Below, in pieces: positions 13,011-26,860 of a stretch of DNA of 64,000 nucleotides. The stretch comes from Lama guanicoe (lineage: Eukaryota): contig MU056000.1 in assembly GCA_013239625.1 (NCBI GenBank), forward strand, positions 8,409,214 through 8,473,213. Reading direction: 5' to 3'. Made by a program: the position numbers and the translations under genes. Numbering within the stretch: the first letter of the stretch is position 1; each line of letters opens with the position of its first letter. A model generated the notes under the pieces. That model made no database searches. It was not told the origin of the DNA and saw nothing but the letters and a program-made list of their open reading frames with translations.

Positions 13011-14719
13011 TTTGTGATGGATAGTTATCAGTCTCCTCTCTCCATTATTTGTTCAAATGACATGACCAGAATAACCACAGGCCCAATCTTTGTACCCTCT
13101 TCCTCTTCTGGTGAAGGGCAGTCACAGCCAGGAGAGGAAGTGGGGACTGGGTGCCTCCCTCTTAGAGTCCCACAGGACGGGAGACTTTGTAACTGTTGGA
13201 AAAGAGACATGAGTCTGAAATACAGAAAATTACCCAAAGGGAGAGCATAAAGCATGGCTCTATTTATGTTCATATTAAAGTATAAAATACCCCAGTTTAA
13301 AAGCATTCAAGACAGGAAATTAGAACTAAGGAAAAAAGTCAACAAACACCTTTTCACTGAGCAATCCATGGCTGCCGTGTTCAAGCACTTTGGGGCTCAG
13401 CTTACAAATGTCTCAGGCACACCAGACACACTATGTGGACGTGTTTCATGGTTCAGGATTTGCCACAGCTGGCTGTAAACTAGAATTTATTTCTATGCAA
13501 TGTCAACTATCAGCCTAAGAACTTGTGTTCTTAGTCTCATCAACAACTTACTCCAAGAACTCCTATTAGACTGAGTTTTCTTTAGAGATGTATTTCCATT
13601 ATTACCCTTTATTGTGATTTGCCTATATAAGGTGCCCTGTATGTTTAATGACTGAGTAATTAAATGATATAACCTACTACATGGCAGTCAGCTCAGAAGA
13701 TATGCCTGCTATGATAAAAGAATCACTTCTTTCCTGTGGAACTGACCTCCAAGGAGCCAGGACTAGAGTGCATGTAAGTGTGATGCTATAAAAAATTTTT
13801 GCTTGAATCTAAATTAATAAATAGGATTTTTACTCAAGAAAAGTAGTTCTCATTAGCACCTAAAGAGGATCAGGGGCAAACTATATTCTTTAGGTGAAAG
13901 ATTTATAAATGTATCATGCAGATAATTATTAAGAATCATAGTATTACTTTTTAAAGTCACTTTTTCTTAATCTCAGCTAATTTAAAAAAATACATATTTA
14001 ACTTAGTTTTAACTCCATAAAGGAGAGTCTATACCCGAGAAAAAGTGGAGAATAAAGTTTTAAGACTAATTTAGAACACAAATTTCCCAGTAAAGGAAGA
14101 GATCGGTAGCTGGGACGAGGCTACACCAAGGAAGCGCGGGGACCTGGCTGCTTGTTGATTTCTGCCTTCAAACTGGCGACAACACACGTGGGCCCTGACA
14201 CCTGCATCTCTGATTTGAGCCTCCCACCCCCAGCTTCCCAAGAGATTTTCATTCCTCCTCACATTCCTTATCTGCCACAAAGAATCTCACCTTTGCTATC
14301 CAAAGGATGATCAATGAATTTATTTTAATAATTGAAAAAAAAAACTCTTCACAATAAGTTTCTATCAAATTCTCATCAAAGATTCCGTGGGATCATTTTA
14401 TTCACAGTAATGCATTTTTTCTTTAAGTAGCTTATCAACTCTCTCAACTCCAGACACCACTGTTTCAGCTGAAGGACTATTTCCTACGATCCAAACCCAA
14501 CTAACATGTATTCCAGTCTCCCAATTATTTTTCCCGTTTTTGCTACTTCCCTCCATCCTCTACGCCCTCTGTTCGCTGCCACCTCTGTCTAATTGTAGAC
14601 ACGGATGGTACCCAATCTAAAAGTTTGACTCATTTCCTTCTACACTTTTCTAGAGACTCAGAAAAATGTGCAAAGAAAAAACAGATTTACTACTTTGTTT
14701 TTTAAAAACAGGATAATAC

Positions 14720-16140
14720 AATAGTATGTCATCTCCTTTCTAAAATCTTCATGGATTTTTTTTAAAGTTTAGCTATATAGCTCCAACTCATTTTTATTAA
14801 TAACTGCTTAGAAAGGATATAGCTTTTATATGAAGGATTTTATAGAAAGGATATACCAGTTTTACAAGTCTTCTTCAATCAGTATTGTTCCTTCAATTTT
14901 TCTATTTCAAATAATCCTGCACTAAATACTTACAGACATGAAATCTCATATTCTAGGCCATTCATTTCTACAGAACACAACGCCTGAGAATGACTAACCA
15001 AAGGCTATGGAACTTTCAAACATTCACAGCAACACATCATTGTACAAAAAGATTATAGGAATGCACATTCCTATTTGGAATGAAAAAGAATGTGAATTTC
15101 CTCAAAATTTAGCTATAGCAAGCTTACAATTGGTGTTATTTTTTAATGTTCGTCTATTTTGTAGATTAAAGAAAATCATGCCTCATTTTGAACTTTATGT
15201 CCTTGATGAGTACGTTAGGGCAAAAAGTATTTGCATATATTTACTGGTTGTTTGCATTTTTTCTTCTTTGAGTTGCCCGTTGATATATATAGATATATAT
15301 TTTTGCCTAGTTTTCGATTCTTTTATTCCTCTTTTTCTCAACATTAGGAAGTCTTAATATATTAATTATACCAACATTTTGTCACACTTGTGGCACATAT
15401 TTCCTCTTGGCCTACTCCGGACTTTTTTATGCTGAATTAGTCCTTGCTGTTATTGTTGGTGTTCACACGGCCAACGGCGCCGACCATTCGTGTATGGCTT
15501 CTGCATTTCCCAAAAGCCTTTTGAGAAGGTTCTCAAAAGCCTTCTCCACCTCGAGTTCATCTGAATATTTTCCCAGTGTTTTTCCTAATGTGTCTATAGT
15601 TTTCTTTTTACAGTTACCTGCTCTCCCTCTGAGGTTTATTTCTGAATATATTGTGAGTTAAGGGCCTTAATTTTCTTCCAGATCATTAGGCAGCTATGCT
15701 GACACCATTCCAACCACCGCTTTGTGCTGAACTGAAGTACTTAAAATGAACTGGGCTCCTATATATATCTGGATCTGTTCTGAATCTTCAGTAATGTCCT
15801 AGAGAGATCATTCTTTCTATTTAGGGCCCACTCGGCACCACTATAATTAGTGTGTTTGGTAAGGTCAACTATTTCTATAAAAATTTTCCCTGCAATTCTC
15901 ATATATTTAATAATGCTTCCATATGATCGATCTTGAAAGTAGTTTGATCCAGTTCGCCAAAGAAATAATCAGCCCCAGAATTCTGATTACAACAGCCTAC
16001 ATTTTATATTAAATTGGGGGAGAGTGATATTGTTATGATATCAAGCTTTCCTACACAGGACCATGGCATCCCGTCCTTTATTCCGAATTCTTTAATGTAC
16101 TTTAATAAAATATTATAGTTTTCATCAGACAAGTCTGGTT
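14720..16140 (-). mobile_element. Highly diverged ancient L1 (L1ME-like)
   Basis: T-rich segments with decayed antisense L1 motifs, e.g. tatttactggttgtttgcattttttcttctttgagttgcc and aaattgggggagagtgatattgttatgatatcaagctttcct. Confidence 0.55.
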
Positions 16141-17480
16141 GTCTCAGTATATTTACTCCTCCTGACTTCATTTTGCCACTGCTCTAAAGCCAGTAGCCTG
16201 GGAAGATTTTCAGACCATGCCAGGATAAAAAATCATGACCCAACCCAGCCATATAACAAAGCAGTATCTGGAGTGGGGAGAGTGGCTGGAACTTCTGCTC
16301 CTTTCCATTTCCCCTTAGAAATAGTCAGAAAACTCCTAGGTAAGCTTTGGGAAGCAAACCAATCAAGCAATACAGCCTAGGCCTCGACCCAATTGCCTGC
16401 TTACTTATCACTTTCACAAACTAGATTATCCAGCCAATCTACCCAACTCTCCTTCACGCACCTACTTGGCTCCACCCCTTCGGACCCGGCGGCACACTTC
16501 AGACTGATACCTCCCTTGATCCTTTCTGTCAATGGATCCTCCCTTAGCTACTCTTCATTGCTTGACCACCCATCTTTACCTAAATCAGTCTCCATCTACT
16601 AAACAGAACCAGTGTCCTCTAGGAAGCCTGGAGCATTTCTCCTGTTTGAGAACTTAATCGCCCCATTTCATCTATTGCTTCTGTTGAGATGTTCCTGGAG
16701 TCAAGGAAGTTATGTCACTCCCACCCCCACCACTGTTGCTGATTCAGCATCCTTTATCGTATAACTCAAACACAAGATGCTTCTGCACTACAAAAAAAAA
16801 TGAATACTAATTTTATATTCCAGCACATGATAAGAAAAAGAAATGAATTTTAAAATCTTGATTTTCCAGCTTTTAAAAATTATTTACCACCTTTTATTTA
16901 CAAGAAACATGAATTACATAAAAAAATTACTTTTAAATCTAAGACTTCAGATTTTATTTACTTCTCCATTTTTACAGCAAAAAAAAGGGGGGGTGTATGG
17001 CGGAAGAATCATTCAGACATTAATTAGCTTTACAGGAAAAGTTCTGACATGAATTCTTCCAGGACCATCTCAGAAACACTGGGGAAACCAATATGCTTTG
17101 TCCCAGCACAATACTCATCTGCCCCTACTCACACTAATTTTTTAGCATCATGGATATATTTTGAAATTTTATTAGACTCTAGATTTTCTAAAGACCATAT
17201 ATTTGGATTACACATTGAACAGTATTAAGTGTCAGGTCCATCAATGAATTGGCCAAAACTTCACCTATAAGAATTTTGATTGCAATTTTTGGTTTTGTTC
17301 CTTTAGAATATTTTTTCAAGGAAAACTGCCTAAATCTTGAATAAAACCTGGAGTCAAAAGCTATTGTAATCCTATTTTGATAGTACTTTTATAATGAATA
17401 CCAACACTCTGCTAGAAAATCATGATTTTCCTTCCAACAGTATTGAATCACCAACTTTCATCCAGAAAGAAGAGGTTTTA

Positions 17481-17699
<219 letters not shown>

Positions 17700-20489
17700 T
17701 CACCGAAAACACTCATAAGTACCAGGCAACTCTAAGCAAGACACTTCAGCAAAGGAATAAGTGTCACCTGCAAAGAGAGGACATGACATCACTGAGGAAG
17801 GGGAAACAAGCAAATAGACGGTTTCTCCTCTATCCACCCCGACCAAGTGGAGAAAGAAACGATGAGATGGAAAAGGCCAGTTAGGCTATAAGAGCGTAAA
17901 AAGATAAAGACATATGGGTCTAAAAACAGGCCAGTCAAACGACACTCTGTATCTTTTAGATAAATGTATTACTTGTGCATTGATCCATTTTCACCTGAAA
18001 CAAACAAACAAAAAACCTACTGACAACCCCCTTTATTTGGAAATCACACAAAGTAATTGATCAATAAATTACAAGTAATTTAGAAATCCCATAGTCGACC
18101 TAAGAAGCTCAGCTGGGATGTAAAATGTAGTAACTGGCGAGCCTACTGCGCAAATATTTGCCAGGTTCTTACTCTGTGACCAACAGCAGACAAAAGGTCC
18201 TTGCAGCTGACAAGACTCACTTGTCACAATTTATTCTGTCTGAGTTCATTTAGGAAAGAAAGGAGAAACTCAAATAACACCAGCCTCGTTCATCAATGGC
18301 CACACACGCACGGGTTAAAAGCAGGGCTCTCGAATGTATCTTTGGCTCTATGTGCTTGTCTTTCTCACACAAATAAGGAAGGCTGGAGCCGTTGTTACAT
18401 ACATTACCCAGCAGTGGTCATCAGCAGAGGTAATGATTAACTGAGGGCAGTTTTTCGAAGGCACCAGAAAACCACTATTCAAATAAAAGGCTGGAAGTAA
18501 ATAAAGGCTGTTCTCTTGCCTTAAGCTATTATTGTACACATCCTTTCAGGAACCAGCGCTGTGTGAACGTTAAAAGGTATTTCCTATCATACTGGATCTG
18601 CGCATCCTGGGTTTCACCCAAAGCAACATAATTCTTTTAGCAGCCCTTTTATTATGTTATTAGCTACATTTAGTTAATCATTTAGGGATATGGAAACCCA
18701 AAGGTTTCTAGTACAGAATTTCCCTTAAAATGTGTGACAAAAAGTGGCTATGGCTACCTAATGCTCTCATTGGACTTTACAACTGAGTTTTGATTTGTTT
18801 TTATTTTTTGAAGTAAGTTCCTCATAAGATGGGGATGAGAATATCACTGAAAAAAAATAAATCTGTTACAAACAGAATATATCAGAGGGTTTGGCGGAAT
18901 TACCTTAGCAAGCCGAATGTGGGCAAAGAATAAGGATCAAGTTGAATATAATTGGGCAAAATGCGACATGGCTAACAAGCTGAAAGTATATTTAGGTGAT
19001 GGATACCAACAGGACCAAAGAAGGAGGTCTAGGTAATTATGGAGTTGGGGTTGGGAAGTTAAAAATAAACTGCATTTGTGTATTCGATGTACTTTCATAT
19101 GTGGTTTTCTTATTTGATCAAAGCCTGTAATTACAAGGATGTAGGTCCACAGATCAACAAATGCTGTGCCAGGTAACTAGCCTGAAAGCCGCGTCTTTCT
19201 ACTGAGAGGAGGTCTGGGAGATGGGAGAAGTGGACGGGCAGAAAGAAAGAAGAAAGGAAAATGGCAGCTCTTGGGTGCAAGGTCATCTCTGGTCAGAGGG
19301 AGACCCCCTCGATCTTGCGTCCCCACCCGTCTCCACTGCAGTGGCTTCCAAAGGGAACGCTACATAAGAATAGCCTTAAGCTGAGAAAGGATGCTTACAT
19401 CTCTCAAATTATTCTTTTCACTTCGTGTTTTCTAAATTTTATTGGGCCGACTAGAATTCAAGCTCTGGGTCCGTGTTACTATCAACATAATTTTTGGACA
19501 GAGAAATTGTGTAAGACCACAAAGGTATTAAGCACCAGAAATGAGCCTAGAACTCAAGCTTTCTTCCTTTTATTCCTATTTCAGTGTGCTTTGCTGTGTC
19601 AGCCTCTTTCCCATAAGTATTGCCTTCTAAATGCTGTCCACACATCAATGTTTATCAAATGTAACTCTTAAAAAATATGACAGTAACCTGTCATAATAAA
19701 ATATGGGATCGAATAGGCAATGAAACAAGATCTATCCTTAGGCACTTGACAACTTTGACCCACAAAGTATAAGGAATAATTCGGTCTGTTTACCCCCCTT
19801 TCTTCTTACAGCAATAATAAGAGAAGTGAAATCTTCAAGGCTCACCCCACCACACAGAGCAAGTGCCACCCACGGCAACCCCTCTGTTCTAGTGAAAATG
19901 ACTTGGAATAATTTCCGTGGTTCATCATTTCTAACGTCCAGATTTAACTTCACCATGGGTCATCACCATGTATGGATGCTAAAGACTGTCAGCTTCCACT
20001 CCTAACCATCTTAGCTCAGAGCTTCCAGAGCAGAGGGAGAGCTGCGTAGACACTGCCAGAACCAAGCTCTGGGTTGCTGAACGGATGGATGGCACGCATA
20101 AAGGCATGCATACAAGGCCTTCGGCCTTCTGACTCTGCAGTCTGTGGTTAAGTACTTTAGTCTTAAATAGAGCTAATCCATTAAAAATCACTAGTTAATC
20201 TGTGCTAAATCCAGGAAATCTGGGAAATGGAGAGACTCAAAAAGAAAAAAAAGAAAAAAAAAGGAAAAGCAATGTTAGAAATTCCACTCTCCCAGGTAAG
20301 TGTATTAACTTTGGCACTTGGGGTTTCTGCTGAAATTTTTTTTCTCCTGATTTAACTCATTTTGCATGACGAATTTTGCATAATGTAGTATTAATGTCAT
20401 GCTTTTGATTTAAAAAATTTTTTTGCTCAGAAACATACTGTGAACTATTTCTTAGGCAGCAAAAAGTGTTTCATGTTTTCAATAGTATT

Positions 20490-20585
20490 ATGTTAAATAA
20501 TAAAATTTTATTAAACATTATTATATCTATATTATTAAACATAATATAATATAACATATTAATATAATATTTTAAACATAGTATA
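20490..20585. repeat. AT-rich low-complexity repeat
   Basis: Repeated attaaacat and aatataatat units, almost entirely A/T. Confidence 0.8.
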
Positions 20586-21225
20586 AAGTTAGTATTCAAT
20601 AATTGTAGGCATCAGAATTCACCTATCTTTTGTTTGTAATTTTACCCCATTTTTGACATTTTTAACAGATAAATTCATAGAAGTGTTATTTGATAGAATG
20701 AGAAACCAACCCATGTTTCTGACTGTTGAGAGCCAACGCCAAACTTGCTGCCAGGCTGGTCCAACCTATCTGCCCATTAGCAGTGTAACAGGAATGTCCC
20801 CTCCCACAAGGATAAGAATACTGGTCCTTCTTACCCTCTCCTGCTGTCACCAACTTGACGTAGAAAACCTCATCTCTTTGACTTCGTTTTTATTTTACAA
20901 GTACCAGGGATATTTTGCCGTAGAAAATGTGTGTTCACCCTATGTACAGCACCTCTTCAGACCCTGCACACAATTACTGTGTAAGAAGTCTTTCCTTACA
21001 TACTTAAATAAGCTACAAACACCCGAACAGCATGGTTCGCAGACGCAACTTCAACATGAGGAAAAGAGACAACACGAGGGAAGATTAGGGTCAAATTTTA
21101 GGTGGCTCATTCCTTAGCAGAACCGGCTACTAACAGGTTCTAGGTCCAGAAAACACAGAGCAACCCAGTCAGCCTTTCCTGGGCCCATGTCACGCCGCCT
21201 ACGCACTCACACCCAGGAGCAGAGA

Positions 21226-21601
21226 GATGGGGGACTGTACCCCGCTCCCTCACCGCCCCCCAGCCCCCAAATCCACGGGCCCAAACTCCCAACGTGACTG
21301 CATTTGAAGATGGGGCCTTTGGGGAGGTAATTAATGTTACACGAGGTCACAGGAGTGGAGTCCCAATCTGGCAGGACTGGTGTCTTTCCAAGAAGAGGAA
21401 GACACACCAGAGCTTCTTCCCTCTACCCTGTGAGGACACAGAGAAAAGGCTGGCCACCAAGAAGAGGGTTCTCACCAAAAACCACTGCCAGCACCTTGAC
21501 CGTGGACTTCTGGGCTCCAGAACTGTGAAGAAACAAATGTCCGTTGTTTAAGCCACCCAGTCTGTGATGTCTTGTCCTGGCAGCCCGAACAGACGGAGAC
21601 A
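21226..21601 (+). mobile_element. ERVL-MaLR solo LTR (MLT1A-like)
   Basis: tttgaagatggggcctttggggaggtaatta...ccagaactgtgaagaaacaaatgtccgttgtttaagccacccagtctgtg...gcagcccgaacagacggagaca. Confidence 0.85.
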
Positions 21602-22624
21602 AACTAGCTCAGACTGCTCTCCCCCTCCTTCCCTTTAATCCCCACGGGGTGCACGGGAGGCTCGGGGACCGAACGCAGCGGGACGGTGCTGTTTAGTGGC
21701 GCTCTAGGCCAACGCGGTCATCGCAGATGGGCCACGGGTGTCAGGGCGAGGCACGTGCTGCTTCAAGTTGGCACACCTGGCTAAACCAGCGCCGACAGAG
21801 ACGTGCCCCGCCGCTCAGAAATAAGCCCGGAGAACAAAGCACTAACTGAAGAGCATCCGCAGCAGCACGATTTTCACAGACAGTGTAATAAGGAACTCAG
21901 GAAAACCTGGCTCAGACGACACCCACACACAGAGACTCTTTTTCAACGTGAACTCTTCTATCCATAGGTAGTAAGATTTGATGAGGTCCCAATGAATATT
22001 CTAAACTTTTATTTCCCAAACGTGAGTCCCTATGATTCTATGGTATACTTGGTAACACGTGAAAATCAACTTGGCATTTAGGAAGGCTGAGTTCTCTTGC
22101 TCTCAATTCAAGGACCACATTCAACGTTCTATTTTATTCACCTCGGTCACGCAGAAGGAAAATAAATTCTTACTTTATTTTGTAATTTGAACGTGTTCCT
22201 TCCTTAACCACTTCTGCCCAGCAACTGATGACTCTGACATCAAAATAAGGCTATCTTCAAAAAATAACTGATGAGCTCCTGTGTGATACGATCATCCAGT
22301 TCGGTGACCCGCCCGGAATTCTGGTGCCACCATTATTTGAACTCCTTCTCTCCGATTCAGCAGGAAGTTCGTTTGGCCATGAATGGTCTCTGCTCCTCCT
22401 GAGCTGCCTACCCTCAATCTGTGGTCCACAACTTCTCATCCTTTCGTCTCTCCTCCCGTTCCGTGACTCCAAAGGCCCTCATGCTCTGCTGTCACGGAGA
22501 TCCACTGCTTCTTCCTCCCAAGACAGCAGTCCCACCTGCTTCGAATTCCAGACTCTTCAAAGCCCTTGCACACCGTGAGTCTCCCCAAGTATTTCGTTAG
22601 CTAGACTCGCACGTATCAGTGTTG

Positions 22625-22802
22625 GAGCTCCTGGCAACATGTGGCTATTTAGATTTTAATAGGATTAAAAAAGCCAGTTCAGTAGTTGCACCATTCACAT
22701 TTCAAGTGCTCAACAGCCACATGTGGCCAAGTGGCTACTGTACTGGACACGGGAAATACAGAAGATTTCAATGACTGCAGAATGTTCTATGAATGGTCTT
22801 GT
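22625..22802 (-). mobile_element. hAT-Charlie DNA transposon remnant (MER3/MER33-like)
   Basis: acatgtggctattta...cacatttcaagtgctcaacagccacatgtggccaagtggctactgtactggaca...gcagaatgttctat. Confidence 0.8.
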
Positions 22803-22859
22803 TCTACACCCAGTAGTCAATGATTTCATGTAATCTTTCATCTTCAAGTTTAATCCTGG

Positions 22860-23090
22860 GTAACAGGATGGGAGAAGAGGTCAAGTTATAATTATATTTT
22901 GAAGTGAGAACTGCCAGGATTTCTGACAGATTGCATAGATGGTACATAAGACAGAGGAGTCCAGATGATTCCAGGATTTGGTCAGAGCAGCCATCAGCCA
23001 AGATGTTGACACTGGAGGTGGGGCAGATTTGGGGCAGGGGAAGGTGACCTGGTCTGACAATGTATAACCCGAAATACATTGACCTGTGAC
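22860..23090 (-). mobile_element. L2 fragment
   Basis: atattttgaagtgagaactgccaggatttctgacagattg...gaggagtccagatgattccaggattt matches antisense L2. Confidence 0.65.
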
Positions 23091-23949
23091 TCTTCCTCGC
23101 TACTGACATGCGGGCAGGGGACAGCAGCTCTAGCCAGAAGCCACACCCTGGTGTGAATTAGGGAACGCAACGACCGGTGACTTCTAAATACCACATGTCG
23201 AGTCTTTGTCCCCCCTTCTGGTCGTGGTCTCTTTTCATTTTTTACTTTGCAGTTGCTAGAAACTTCTAGAACTTAACTCTTCTTCCCTTGAGCCGATGAC
23301 TTCAATTCCAGACTCTCTGATGCTAACTTTCTTGACTTCTTAAAGTTCACACCAAATGATCAAGCAAGGGAGCCAGGACACCAGGACTGAAAGCCTCTGT
23401 TTTACGCTTTCAGCTTTACCCCCATCATTAGGCATCACTTTCATAATTCACCATCACCTTAGGCCCCAAGTAAATAATGAAATTTGCTACAAGAATACTC
23501 CAAATATTATCATATATACATATATATAATGCATATGCAACTTAATGTTTTCAAATGAAATATAACTTAACATACTGCATTTTTATAACCTTCCACTCCA
23601 CAGGCAACGTTTAAAAGATTATGGTTCTGCAAAATTGAACAACAGCCATAAACATCTTATAAATATTATCATGCAGAGAATATGTGTATCAATATAAACT
23701 AGTGACCTGAATAACAATACTGAACATCTCATCTGTGTAATCAATCTCATCATCAAAATTGCAGTTCTTTATTTGTAACTGACGTGTCACTACCAAGAGA
23801 AACAGGCATAGCATCATTGTCTCTCAGATGCACTTTGCACACATAAAAATATACCCATCCTTGCTTCTTCCCTTTAAAGAGAAATGAAAAACCACAGCTT
23901 GTCCTAATGATATAGATAATATCATCATTAATGTTTGTCAAAACTCAAT

Positions 23950-24065
23950 ACAATTAGGGCAGAAACTCAATCTGTCTTAGTCTATGTTCAATTTCCAACA
24001 TTTAGCTCAGTATCTAATACACAACAGCCAGTTAATAAATATTTGTTGAGTTAATGCATGAACTA
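23950..24065 (+). mobile_element. L2 3' end
   Basis: agggcagaaactcaatctgtcttagtc...aataaatatttgttgagttaatgcatgaa. Confidence 0.65.
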
Positions 24066-26749
24066 TGCACATAAAGTCAATAGTGGTTGCTTACCAGAGC
24101 ATGTAACATAAGTAAAATGGGCTTTACATTAGGAGAATTTCTCTAAATGACATCTGCAATGACATCTTTTTATTCTGACTCAAGAAAGCTGCTTTTCCAA
24201 AATCCTAGGACTAGTGCAAGGCTTTTGCCTCAGTCCACTGCCCGAGAATGTACACTCTGGGTCGCTGGCTTCTAAGGTATAATCAGTGATTGAGCAGGCT
24301 CAGGGGCCTCTGAGACTTGATACTTTTAACTCGCAACTTGGAAACAGAATCTGGCAAAACTTAGGGAGAGCATGACGCAAGGACGGGAAGAAGCACGGAA
24401 AGCCATACTCAGACCATGCGACTACTGGGGCACCAGCCGGCAAAGCCAGGAGGTGGAGGAAAGTCCAGTTCCACCTGCTAAGCTGGGGGTAGTGTGTCAG
24501 ACGCCCAGGAAGTCCGGGACACAGGGCACTTGTTGCCAGGGGGGGAAGACATGATGGCAGGGGCAGAGCAGCTGGGATCTGAGCACTGAGTCCACCTGCC
24601 AAGCACGAGGGGGCTGTTCCACCTGCGCTCAGAGAAGCAGGAACGGTAGGAGGTGGAAACTTACACGGGGGGGGGGCAGGAAATCTGTTGCTAATAATTG
24701 CTGAGGAGGTTGGGACCAAGCTAAATTATCACCACAGATGTAAGGCCCACCCGAACTATTATTCTTAACGACAAATTACGTCAGAAGGTAAAAAAGCTTC
24801 TCTGGAGACGACGGAGCAAGGGGGAAGAGTTCCGCTCACACGTGGGAGAGGCACATGCGCAGACGAGTTCCAGTAGAGTGAGGTCACTGAGGACAGATGG
24901 GGGTCTGCTCCTGGCTGTTTTCTCTTGGTAACTCACTGTCCTGACTTCTCAAGCATCATCTCAAGCATCTTCATCTAGTCTTAATGAACATATGTCTTAA
25001 AAAAGTGTGGAGAAGGTGGCACCTGTGAACCACAAGTCAGCAGACGAGGGTGAGAGGCTGTCCCTCCTCAGCCCTGCCCCAGCCGAGCTTGTGACCTGAG
25101 ATGCCAGAGCCCACACAGCAGTGCAGCCAGGGACAGGGGCCTCAGCCACCTGGAGGGGTGTCTCCCGGCAGGTAAGAGTGTGAAGGTGAGATCTGACAGA
25201 TCCCTCAGCGGGAAGCAGGGTCCCCATAGAACCGACCCAGTGAGAAGAAAAGCTGAAGGGAGGTGGGGGTTTGACTAGTGAAAGCAGAGGAAAGGGTCAG
25301 AATAAATCTATAAAGTGAAGGAGGAAGGGGGAACTGCGCTGGGAGTCAGGCAGCATCTGGGCTGAGCCTGGAAACTCAGAGAGGGCGGGAAACTAGGGGT
25401 AGCTGCTATGCTGGAAGAAAATGGTAAGAAATTTGGCGATGATCTGGAATTTGTTAACAATCTTGATCTTAAACTTGGTGATTTAATCAAATAAATGGTT
25501 TGCAGCATTTATTCCATTAATAACAAATGACTTGAGACATTCTCTACAACTGTTCGTGGAACCCCAGGGGGCCAGGACACCAAGATTGAAAGCCTCTGTT
25601 TTACATGTGAGTTTCTAAGCATTCCCCCTCTGCTGTTTTTGTCTCACGTAACACCATCCACATCTCTCCTTGGCAGAGCCAGGCACACCTGAGACTGAGT
25701 GTGCAAATAATGACTCAGACGTTTACCTCTTGCTGGGATTCCACACCTAACATCAAAATATCCCACTATCTATTACAAATGTCTCCCTGAAAACCCCACA
25801 AATGCACTAAATTCAGCGTGACCCCTCATCTCTTGCCTGGACAGTCACAGAAACTGTCCAAACTGCCTCTCTTGCCAGCAATAAATCGTGCCTTCCTGCA
25901 ATGAACTCTCTGCTCTGTTTATTGGGGGAGTCAATTTTCTCACCAGCAGTCTGATTATGACATGCCCTTCTTTTTAAATTTATTTGAGTGGGTCCCAATA
26001 CCTGGAACAGAGGTTTCCAAAAGTCTTTTGAGATAGGAAATGTATTTTCTATCATGACTCACACATCTTAACGGAAACATGATTTCAGGAACTATAAAGC
26101 CTTAAAACAGATGATGCACTTTTTTTCTCTTCTATTTTACTCAATTTCATTAAAAAAAAATTCTGAGTGGTTACCCACTAAATTGATGGAGACAAAAGAG
26201 CTTGGAGACCAGTGACCTGGAGGCAGGAGTGGCACCTCCCCTGCATGATGTCTGAGACTGTCTCTACTCTGGCCAGCGCACACACATCCATGCTCAAGCC
26301 CTGTGGCTTCTGCCCTCACACCTCACACTGCGATGCACCAAGCTTCGTACAGTTCCAAAGACGTCTGATCCCACCAAACCGCACACACAGATTTCTCTTC
26401 CTGTGTGCTCTCATCATCTCAACCTCTTTTCCTCTTTCCTAGCCCCCCACCTGCCTTTCTTCCTCTGCAGCCATTCGGAAACACTCCACCACCTGAATCA
26501 CTTCCTCAAGCAGTGCATTTATCACAATGAGCCGTCAGGATCTTACCTCTTCTGGGATTTTTAAAAGCTTTGAATGTTTTTAAAATTGGGATGCTTCTTT
26601 ACATGACTGCTGGCACCCTTTTCCTTTATGTCACTGGGGATGGGTTTTGTGTCACTTGCAACTGAAAGTGTCATTAAATCAAGGACATACTTGCTCAACA
26701 TTCTAGATTTCTGGAAACACCATATATTTCACAGTATATTTCTCCTAAT

Positions 26750-26860
26750 TAGACCATGAATTCTTTGAGCACAGAAAGTGTTTTATTCATATTTATAACC
26801 TCAGTGCCTAGAACAGTGCCAAGTGAAGAGCTGGCATCATTAAATGCTTATTGAATAAGT
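26750..26860 (+). mobile_element. L2 3' end
   Basis: agaccatgaattctttgagcacagaaagtg...cctcagtgcctagaacagtgcc...taaatgcttattgaataa. Confidence 0.7.

Noticed and set aside
12475..13017. Longest ORF (180 aa, Pro/Ser-rich)
   Set aside because: It lies within a C-rich L2 remnant, has no recognisable domain, and is most likely a chance open frame.
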